From NCBI GenBank assembly GCA_051294375.1, contig CM119266.1, positions 16,176,087-16,240,086 of the forward strand: DNA of 64,000 bases, given 5' to 3'. Each line of letters starts with the position of its first letter. Position 1 is the stretch's first letter. This stretch comes from Paraspadella gotoi. Lineage: Eukaryota; Animalia; Chaetognatha. The translations under genes and the position numbers were made by a program. Below the pieces are notes generated by a model that was not told where the DNA came from, made no database searches, and saw only the letters and a program-made list of their open reading frames with translations. Shown here piece by piece: positions 1 to 10,425 of this stretch.

Positions 1-120
1 TTTTTTTTTTTTTTTTTTTTTTTTTTTTTTCTTTTTTTTTTTTTTCTTTCTTTCCTCCTCCTTCCGTTCCTTCATCATTATTTTTTTTCTCCTCCGTTAC
101 TTATTTTCTTCTTCTTTCGG

Positions 121-165
<45 letters not shown>

Positions 166-186
166 CTTTCCTTTTTTTGTTTATTT

Positions 187-222
<36 letters not shown>

Positions 223-280
223 TTTTTTTTTTTATTTTTTTTTTCTTTTTTTTTCTATTTTTTTTTTTTTTTTTTTTTTT

Positions 281-320
<40 letters not shown>

Positions 321-330
321 CTTTATTTTT
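1..330. repeat. Poly(T)/pyrimidine low-complexity tract
   Basis: Direct reading. Confidence 0.9.
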
Positions 331-797
331 CAGTCTCTAGATCTGACTTTCTTTCTTTTCTTTTTTCTTTTCTTCTTTCGTCATTAGCGCCACCCTCAAC
401 GTCCGTTTTCCCCGCATTTACCATTTTTATTTCCCCATTTTAAGGAGGAATTCTTCTTGGGAGGAGGAGGAGGAGGAGGAGGAGGANNNNNNNNNNGAGG
501 ATGAGGGGCGGACAGGTTGAGGGGGTTTGAGAAGACGAAGAGAAAAGAGGTTGATCAGGGAAGATATAAGATAATCGAAAACTAAAAGGTTAATGAAATG
601 AAAAGCTATTCGTGGTAAACGATAAAATCTGGTTAAAATAAACTGAAATAAAAGACAGATTATTATCTCGAAACTCACGAAAGGAAAGTAGAAAAAACCG
701 CAGAGAGTCGCCCTCGTCCCGGGTGAGGACATCAAGGGACGAAAAGGATGGGAAGAATAAAGATGAGGGTGAGGATGTTGATTTGGACAAAGTTGAC

Positions 798-902
<105 letters not shown>

Positions 903-1508
903 TAAATGACGAGGAAGCCGATGGGGTGAAAAACATGGCGCTAAATTTTTAACCTTTGACCCCGGATGAGGATCGGATGAATCGCCGCCCGAAGAAATTA
1001 GTCTCGGTTTTCTTTCTTCTCTTTCTTCCCTTTTATTATTTCTTTATTCTTCCTTTCTTTCCCTTTCCCTTTCATTTCGATCCCTTTGTTCTCTCGAATT
1101 GAGAGATGGGGGGGGGGCGTCCATAGTGACGACAAACACGAACAAAAGATTAAGCGGATTATTAAAATGTTTGAAGGGAATTTTTTTTTTTTTAAAAAGG
1201 AGAGAAAATATATGACGGACACGGACCGTGGGGTCATCAGGAGGGCAGCGAATGAAGGGTCAAAAAAAGGGGCATGGGTCCGTTGTGGGCTGCGGGGCAG
1301 CGGGCGCACGGCCGGGCTCCGGTCTTCGAACAAGTGGGCAGCCATCGTATTTTCTAATCTTCATCGTAAATCAAGAAACGCGCGACGAAACTCGTAAGGA
1401 TTTCGGCCATCTTGATTCTTGAGCCTCGACGTTTCCCTCTGTCCTCATTATGCGTGACGCGATTTTACGCAACTGTCTCTGTAAGCCAAAGCCCAAACAA
1501 TATTTGAC

Positions 1509-1518
1509 TTTCTTTCCT

Positions 1519-1582
<64 letters not shown>

Positions 1583-1586
1583 TATT

Positions 1587-1646
<60 letters not shown>

Positions 1647-1665
1647 TATTTCTTTCTTTATTTAT
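1509..1665. repeat. (TTTC)n microsatellite; similar arrays at 56390-56480 and 62755-63050
   Basis: Direct reading. Confidence 0.95.
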
Positions 1666-3499
1666 TTCTCTTTGAATATTAATACGTACGTGTTATTTGA
1701 CATCTGCCATTTGCGAGAGAACAACTTTGTCAACTCACCAAACGATTTCTATTGCTTTTGTCCTTTCGATTCACAATTTAAATAGTGAGATACTCCAGTT
1801 TTTACATCAAGATTTAACTCTCTTCTGAATTCTTAAGACGATGCTCCATGACGCAGGATGACAAAGGATGGGCTTGCAGACTGACCGACCGACTGACCGA
1901 CTGACCGACCGACTTAATAAAGGAGCGGCAAAAAAAAAATTCGAATAGACAGGTCAAAGGTGAGTTGTTGTCATTCTCTGCATTCGCGCGTCGTTGCTTG
2001 ATTAGTTGGATACAGCATCGAAGAAAATCATAACAAACTCTTTCTGCAAATAGCGTTACTCATCAAGTATTTCCCGAATGAATCCTCGAACGCAAAGGAT
2101 TGCAACAATTCACAAACATGGAGATGAGCGGGCGGTGAATAATAACGCAGAGAAGACGAAGAAGAAGACGAGAAGAGAGATGAGAGATGAGAGACAGAGA
2201 GGATGACAGAGCTGAGAGACGAGAGACAGATGAGAAGGAGACGAGCAGAAGATCGAGAGATAGAGCAAACGTGGAAGACGATCTATGAGAGGACGAGTAT
2301 GTGGAGAAGAGACGAGACGAGAGAGAGAGAGGACGAGGGAAGCTAGAAGAGAGAGAGAGGCGCCGAAGAGAGAAGGCTTGCCACTCCAAAAAAAATGGCG
2401 ATTGCAAATACAAATGACATCGAGGCGCGGGCAGCAGGAAGAAGACAGCGAGCGAGACGAGAAGAGAGAGAAGACCGACGAGGACGAGAGAGACGGAGAC
2501 GAGAGAGAAGAGCAGAGAGAGATGGTAGCTCCCAAAAAGTATGCTTGCGCAGGCACAATAAGTGTTGCTTCCCATCTCTCGCTATCATTGGCATTATGGT
2601 TAGTACCATAAGGTCCGCCCTGCTGAATTTCTCTACAGACCTCCAGAGGTCGCGATTTTGTAACGGGATCATGCAAACTTTTCGTTACATATCCAGGCCC
2701 CTTGGAGTGAATCGGCGCCAATTTTCGGACCACGCTCTCGGCATACATAAGTCAACCCCCCCCCCTTTTCGGTTTTCTCCTCGGTTTTCGCCGCCGACAT
2801 CCTCCGAGCTCCATTCCCCTCCACCAGCCGGTCGCCCCAGCGCCAACGCGCCGGCGTTCCGACGCCCGTGCAATGGACCTTGAAAAAACTTATGAATATT
2901 TTCTTGCTTAATCCCGAAATGGGACAAAGAACGTGATATATGGCTTCGCCGTATGGCTCGTTTCACCGGCTGGATCGAGNNNNNNNNNNNNNNNNNNNNN
3001 NNNNNNNNNNNNNNNNNNNNNNNNNNNNNNNNNNNNNNNNNNNNNNNNNNNNNNNNNNNNNNNNNNNNNNNNNNNNNNNNNNNNNNNNNNNNNNNNNNNN
3101 NNNNNNNNNNNNNNNNNNNNNNNNNNNNNNNNNNNNNNNNNNNNNNNNNNNNNNNNNNNNNNNNNNNNNNNNNNNCTCTTAATACTTACCTCAGTATTTG
3201 AATTTTTAAAAAAATGAAAGGAGATGAAGTTTCATTTTATCTTTCGTCTTCTTGATCTTCGACCCGAATGGAGTTTTCATTCGAAGCCTTTATGGCCCTC
3301 GTTCCATCCGAATCTCTGGGCCGTCCACGGCCTCTCTCATGGCGGGGGCGGAGAGGTGCCAATGGCCGCTAGCCCTGGATCCATCTCGGCCGCGGGGGCA
3401 GCGAGGTGCCTCAAGGCCAATGCCTTTCACGGGTTGAGCAGAGGTTGAGTAGGAAAGTTTTTGCGTTAATATTTTTGAATATATTTTATCCAAAGTTTT

Positions 3500-6400
3500 T
3501 CTTTTCACGACGCTCCACCGACTCAGGAGGAGATTTCTTCCTTTTCTCATCTTGCGGGTGTCGAGATTCGGCGTTACCTACCAAAGAATCGGCTTCATTT
3601 TGTCAGCCGAATATACTTGGACATGGGAAACCGGAGAGATTCGCCGTGGAAGTAAGGATGCCCCATTGCGTTTAAAACCGAGTGGGGATGGACCATCGGC
3701 GGCCCACGCGGCAAGGGTCGTCGAGCTCCGCGGGATCCACAAAGTAACCTGTCACCGTATCAAAGTTGACGACGAGCAGCTCAGCCGCGAAATTCAGCGT
3801 CTTTTTGAAGCGGATTTTCCGCCGGCGCCATCAGCGAAGCCTCAATCTAGCGTGCAAGACGACTTCGCCATGGAGCAGCTTCGGTCGACGATACAGTTCG
3901 ACGAGTCTGTCGGACACTGGAAGGTCGGGCTTCCTTGGAAGGAAGGCCGGAAAAAAGCTGCGGAGATTCTGAATAAATGCAATTCGTCGGAGATGGCCAA
4001 GAACAGGCTCTTGAAAGCACGGGCAAGGATGCGGCGGAGCCGCTCCGCAAAGAAGGAGTCTTTAAGCAGTTCAAGGAAATCATCGACGAGGGTCATGCGA
4101 TTCGAATAGATGATCCAGCAGTCCCGGACGGAGAACAATTTGGTGTTTGCCCACCCATATCGCCACGAGAGCTGATAAACCTGGTAAATTTCGTGTTTGC
4201 CATGACGCCAAGGCGTCATGTGACGGATCAAGCCTGAACGATCAGCTTCTCACCGGGCCCGACTTATGAATAATCTTCTCGGCGTCCTTTTCCGCTTTCG
4301 CCGTCACGAGATCTCCCTCGACTCCGATGTGCGCGATTTTTTCATCAGTGTTTCGTCGATAAAAAAGATCGCCACGTGTTTCGTTTCTGGTGGTTTGAAG
4401 ACGAAACAATGGAGAGTCTCGTCTTTGGAGATGATCGTCCACGTTTTCGGCGCAAAATCGTCGCCGACGTGTGCCAGCTACGTGCTCCAGCATCACGGCC
4501 GTACCCTTTATGGAACGGTTCCACCGGAAGTTGCTGACGCCATCATCAACGATTTTCTATGTGGACAACTTGTTGCTTTCGCGCCGACCGTCGAGGCTGC
4601 CCGAAACCTCCGGATCGGCATCACGGAAGCGATGAAGCGTGGAGGCTTTGACCTTGTATGCTGGCGGTCATCGCACAAGGAGGCGTTGGAGGATGATACG
4701 CCTGGCGTTGAAAAGGAATGGGAGGATATCAAAACCTTTAGTGATGAGAGCGATGATAATTGGGAAAAGGTACTTGGCGTTTGCCTTTGCTTTTCACGAG
4801 ATATTTTCTCGTTCAATACGAACAAGAAGAAGGTGGAAACTGAAGTCCAAACGCGTCGGCAAATGCTCTCACTCACCAGTTCTCTTTTTGATCCTATGGG
4901 TTCGTGGCACCCTTCATCCTACGCGGAAGAGAGATTTTTCAGCGGGCTACAAAGGAAAAAACTCCGTGGGATGATCCAGTTTCAAAGGAGATTTTGCCGA
5001 GATCAATAAATGGCGGCAAGAGGTTGTGAAGCTTACTTCCATCGAGATTCCTCGCTGGATCGCGACGAAGGCAACTACAGATGCCGACCCGGAGATGCAC
5101 ATCTTCTGTGATGCCTCGAAGTTGGGTTACGGCGTCGTCATGTATCGTCGCGTCGAGGTTCCATCAGAGAACTTACGTCGCTTATTTCTTTGGAAAATCG
5201 CGCGTAGTGCTCTATCTCGAGTAAGTGTTCTCATCATGAGTCTATTCCGCGGCTGAACTTACCGCCGCGAAACTCGCCGCCGAGCTTCGTCTATCCGTGT
5301 TGGGACAAGTTCATGAGAAATATTCGAGAGTTGTTTTCTGGACGGATTCGCATAACGTCATCAAGCAAATCCGGGACGAAAAGTCGCGTTTCATCCCGTT
5401 TTTCAAACATCGAATCTCTCGAATTCGTGAAATTTCCGAGGTGGACGAATGGAGATACGTCCCGACAGCCTTTAATCCGGCTGATATTGCGAGTCGGGTT
5501 TGTCTACGGGAAAAATGGAGGAATGGAAAAAATTCTATCGCGGTCCAGAATTTCTTTGGAAAACCGGAATCAACTTGGCCGGATCAAGCGTGTTTAATTT
5601 CCGTGAAATCTGAAGATCTTCCAGGAGCTATCGTCGAGAAGAAAGCGGCAGTTGCCGCCCTCGCCGCTTCTCCTGTCTTCGCCGCCCGTTTTTCCGCTGA
5701 TTCTTGGATGCTCGACTACGCCGTCAAGTTTTCGTCTTGGTCGCAGCGTCAAGGAAGACCGCGTTTGCTCTGCGCGTGTTGGAAACCTTTGCGTTTTGGA
5801 AAGGCCTTCAACGCAATCTGCGGCCGAAACGCATTCCTCGAATCTACCTCGTCGATATCCAATTGACGGCGGATCGCCTCATTCGCCAAATTCAATTCAA
5901 ATATTTCGGTTCTGAGATGGAATTTCTACATGATAATTCGGTTAACTCTCCTCAACTTCGAAAGGAATTGAAATTTAAAATTCGCCTCTTCGAAAGTTGT
6001 CTCCTTTCGTCGACTGCGGGGGAAGATGCGCGTCGGCGGCCGTCTTGGCAACGCCGCGACACTCTCCTTCGAGGCAAAACATCCGATCATTTTGCCTCCA
6101 GACGACGATCTAGTTCGCGCCCTTATCCGAGATGTACATAAGACCGAGGGTCATGCGGGGATTGAGCAGACCTGCAGCGAGATTCGACGCAAGTATGGAT
6201 TCTCCGGGCTCGTCAAGCTGTCCGTCGAGTCCTTACGAAGTGCGTCTACTGCCAAAAAAGCCTCAAGCCACCGAACAACAGAAAATGGCGCCGCTTCCGA
6301 TCTTCAGGACGGCACCTGGGCCGCCGTTCGGAAACGTCGGCGTCGACGCGCTCGGGCCTTTCGACATCAAAATCGGACGTGCTCGTCATAAGCGCTGGGT

Positions 6401-7229
6401 GGCGCTTTTTACCTGCCTATACTCTCGCGCCGTTCATCTCGAGGAGTTATTTTTCTCTCTCGACTTCGTCCTTCATCAATTGCCTTCGATGCGCGAAGGA
6501 ACGAAGGCCGGGCATACGGCATCTCTACAGCGATAACGCAACTAATTTCAAAGGTGCCGACAAAGCTCTGCGCGACGCTTTCAAAGAGTGGAACCGGAAT
6601 GATCATGATAAAAAATTTCATTGTCTTGGCTTCGACTGGGATTTCGCGCCGCCTCTCACGCCGCATTATGGAGGTGTTTTGGGAGAGGTTTGGTCCGCTC
6701 GGCAAAGCGGCATCTTTACGCTCTTCTTGGTGACCGGCCGCTGTCGATGGAGACGTTTCGCACCGTCATCACCGGCGCCGAGGGAATCATCAACCGGCGC
6801 CTTTAAACGCGATTAAGCAGTGATGCTAAAGATCTTTTACCTTTAACGCCAGCCGACATTATATATCCGGGGATTCGCGATCGGAATGACGCCGTCGTCT
6901 TACCACCGTCTCCGTCTTCCGGCGATTCATTGCGTTTGGAGTATAAGCAAGCGTGGATCTAATTTCTCAATTCGAGCGACGCTTTCTCCGCGACTATTTA
7001 CCTAGTCTCCAACGCCGCGAACGTTGCAAACTACGCTTCCGGATCTCAAGGTCGGCCAGCTCGTCCTGCTTGTTGACGAAACCAAGTCGAGGAGCGAGTG
7101 GAGGCTTGGCGTTATCGAAAGGGTGCATGGCGACGACACGCACGTGCGACGCGCGTTCGTGCGGACCGCGAATGGAAAAATATTTGAACGCGATCGATCT
7201 AAGATCGTCGTTTGGAATTAGATGAGTGA
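3500..7229 (+). pseudogene. pol: Bel/Pao pol polyprotein (protease C-terminal part, reverse transcriptase, RNase H, integrase), broken by many 1-nt frameshifts (decay or sequencing error)
   Basis: Motifs read across frames: PIAFKTEWGWTIGGP (~3661-3706); SLNDQLLTGP/LMNNLLGVLFRFR; VFGAKSSPTCA; FYVDNL (YVDN 4558-4569); HIFCDASKLGYG; FWTDS; WRYVPTAFNPADIASR; RVGGRL..KHPIILP; H..GHAG..CVYC; PFGNVGVDALGPF; LFTCLYSRAVHLE; YSDNATNFKGA; PHYGG; DYLPSLQ; GQLVLL..WRLGVI. Confidence 0.95.
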
Positions 7230-8045
7230 AAGTTAAAAAATACGATTAGCTCATCCCTCAAAGAACTAAAACTCTTTGTGACTATTTATTCCATTATTGC
7301 TGTGCATAACCGAATTCCTTTTCAGAGGCTTCGATCGAAAAACGAAATTTCGTTTTTTCCAAATTTGCTTTGATTTCGCTTCGATCGAATTTACCCCATA
7401 GGGACTGCACCTAACCAGAAATTCAGATTAAATGTTTTCAGATTTGAATTTTTTGATTTTTATTTTTACTGTTTAAGACAATGTTTTCTTCAGAAAACTG
7501 TTTTGTTTTGGTTAGTACATTATTTTAAGAATTTATTTTATTATTTTAAGTGCTTGGAAGTAGGGTTTTAAAGAAAAATATTTTATTTATTTATTTTCGA
7601 TTTTCGTAAGTGCGATCCCTACTCGAAAATTTTTTCTTCAGATTTTGGCAGTAAAAGTGAAAATTTTAAATTATTCGAATTCGTTTAATTATTTATGTAC
7701 GAATTTCACATTGTACAGTAAGTTCAAATTGGATTTTGGCGTACAGTCGTAATCGTTTATCTCGATTTCTTTTATTCATTTATTCGATTTTTCAGCGTAC
7801 GTCAACACCACGGCCTGTTATATTTGAAGTTCGCGACTTTGTAAATTTTAATGAAAAAAGAAAAAATATTTTTTACTGCCTCTATTAATTTTTGAGTTTT
7901 CAATACGGGCGTTGCGGGTTTGTCGCTTCGTCCTTTGTTTTTCTCCCTTTTTTTCTCAGGTTTTAGTACATCCTTGTTCTGTTACCGTTTTCGGAGGTTC
8001 AAGTGAGTTTTGGAAAGAACTTTATTTAAAATTTCAAAGCTCATT

Positions 8046-9535
8046 ATGCAGGCCACCACCAGTGCTCAGGTGTCATCAGGGTGGCACATTCCGGTGCCTA
8101 GGACGGGAACCATTCTCGTCTTTCATACCGTCCCCATGAAGACGGTACGTTCAAGCGGTTGGTCGTCGGCCATAGTGTCGACGGGCGTCTCCCTGCTGAG
8201 ATACCCGCGGACCTAAACTGAGGCACTCAGGCGTGTGTTAGGCAAGTTCTGGGGTGAAAGGGACTTGTTCTTCTTCCGGGCTCCTCCGGAAGTCGACAGG
8301 CTCCTTACAGCTCTCAGGGCAAGTGGGTTGTTCCGGTCCTGTAACTCTACGGAGGTCCCACTTCGGTGGGACGGGACGAATCAACCGGTCGAACTCGACC
8401 TCACCTCCCAGGCGAGGGCGAGATTGGTCCTGGACTTCGAGTCTAGCTCTGACCAAGAGACGGCACCGAAGGGTTCCTCGGAGGCGCTTCCGTCCCGCAA
8501 GGGAAGGCGGCGTCGTCGGGAACCATCCTCTTCTTCCGATGACGGCGATAATCCGGCGCCTCCCCAGCGCAAATCACGGGTTCCCGTCTCGGGTCAGGCT
8601 GTGGGAGCTCGACCCGGGGGAGATAAAGGTCCGGTGTCCCGCAATAGAACTGGGTCGGCGCAGTTTTCTGCTCCGGCTCATCAAGGCCCTGCTGCGCGTC
8701 CATCGTCGTCGCAAGAGGTCTGGCGGCCCAAAATTGTCGCCAGCGGAATCTTCGCGACCGCATTCACCGCGGACGATTGCGCGTGGCGGCCGATGCCTGT
8801 GTTAAGGGATGCTCCGCACCTAGGCCCGCCAGGGACCAGCTGCTCCTGTCCAGCAGCCCTCTGGGTCGTTTCAGACGGCGGCGGCAAACGGCAGAAAAAC
8901 AGCCGTCGTATGGCTCAACGTCTTTCGACGAAATAGGCGTCTCGCGCAACGTCAAAATGACGAGTCGGCTAATGTCGACGAGGCGCCTATTTTGGACAAT
9001 TCGGAAAGTCAGGCGGCGCTGTTAGACCTGGATCTTGCAGATAGTGGTGCAAGATTTGCAAGAGGAGCATCAGGAGGCAGTGATTGTGCTGCACCCGGAG
9101 GCGGAGAGGAGATGGACCTCAGAGAGGGGGGCGAAGCGTCAGCGGCCGTTATAGCCGAGCGTGACGCCGCCGTCGAGCTGGGAGCGGTCGGGAAGCCGCG
9201 GTGCGTGAAGAGGCCTCAGCCTCCCCCCGGTTCCGACGTCGGACGAAGATGCAATGCTCTGTTCGACTCCAGAAGGCAAGGTGAAGCGGGAGAGGAAGTT
9301 GAAGCGGCCTTTCAGGGAGCAAAGGCAGATTGCCGGCGGGTTTTCGAGGCGCTCCCGTCACAAGGATGTCCTGCGGAGCCGCGCCGCAGAGAGAGGTCCC
9401 CGGAGGCGTTGGGCGACGTGCCGTCATCTCTTCGAGACGTCCGCTCAATCGCCAAAGGGAAAGAGCTCCGCTCGGGATCGGACGAAGGGCCGTAAGGGCA
9501 GGCGCGGTCAGGGTGAGTCCGATAGCAGCTTGTAA
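8046..9535 (+). CDS. Putative accessory ORF of the retrotransposon (~490 codons if repaired). Ser/Arg/acidic-rich and hydrophilic, not env-like; unknown function
   Basis: GC-rich island in T-rich flanks. ATG at 8046 is in frame with ORF 8235-8936 apart from one stop at 8214-8216. It continues through overlapping ORFs 8777-9025, 8992-9495 and 9254-9535. Upstream pyrimidine-tract acceptor at 7958-7959. Confidence 0.5.
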
Positions 9536-10203
9536 GAGGGGCGTTGTGAATTCCATCTCCGACGTCCGCTTCTTTGTATATAGTGGGCAGCCTTGGTGTC
9601 CGTGGGGTCCCGGCGGGGAGATATTTGAGATTTGATTTCTCTTTTTTTTTAGTTGTTTGCCGGGACGGTTTAGCATACAGCCCTATCCTCCCTTCTGGAG
9701 ATATGGGGGCTAAAATCTTATTACGGCACATCGATCATTGTTTAATAGGTTTGGGGTGTACGGAAGCTCCCTCCCCTGTTAAAACTACTGAGCTATTTAA
9801 ATATGGGTAGTTATAATGTCACGTGATTTTACTTGCTTAATTGGCACAGTAATTAAGTAATATTACGCGCATTGTGTCGGTCTACGGGTTTTTTCCCAGT
9901 CAGGCACCCTAAACAATTATTAAATGTGCTTATGGTAGATAAAGTCGCAAAAATGTACCTTTGATTATAAACTACCTAGGCTAGTTTTTAGTCTACATTT
10001 TTCCGCACAAATGTAAATACGTTATATTGTTTATTTCTTAACTGTTTTCTTTCGTGCCATTTATAATTCAGAACACAACGGAAAGTTTGGCTCGTCGTTC
10101 ATCAAAGGTCAGTGGTTCTTCTACTTTTTTGGGAATTTCATCTGACGACGTTCGACGAAGGTTAGTCGCATTATTAGATTATAGACTTTTTCGTTATTTT
10201 CTA

Positions 10204-10425
10204 GTCTGTGTCCGTTCTATACGGCCAGACAATATGTTTCATATTTATAGATTTTTTCGTCTGCGTCCGTACTACGGCCAGACAAAATTTTTATATTTTT
10301 GTTTTCCGGGTGTCGTCCGAAGACCTGCGTCCGTAACCGCGGCCAGGTAATTAATTTTCTTTCTCCTGCGTCCGTAACCGCGGCAGGAATTTAACCCAAT
10401 CTGCGTCCGTCTCTACGGCCAGATT
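10204..10425 (+). repeat. Array of five bulged stem-loops, consensus NNCTG-CGT-CCGT-(3-5 nt loop)-RCGG-C-CAGNN
   Basis: Copies at 10204-10230, 10259-10283, 10323-10348, 10364-10388 and 10398-10425. The outer stems differ but stay complementary: gtctg/cagac (x2), acctg/caggt, tcctg/cagga, aatctg/cagatt. Confidence 0.85.

Noticed and set aside
8046-9535. env gene
   Set aside because: No signal peptide, transmembrane anchor or Cys-rich ectodomain pattern is visible, and the product is hydrophilic and low-complexity.
10204-10425. CRISPR-like repeat-spacer array
   Set aside because: Eukaryotic retroelement context, no cas genes, spacers irregular (9-39 nt) and low-complexity, and repeats vary in a structure-preserving way.
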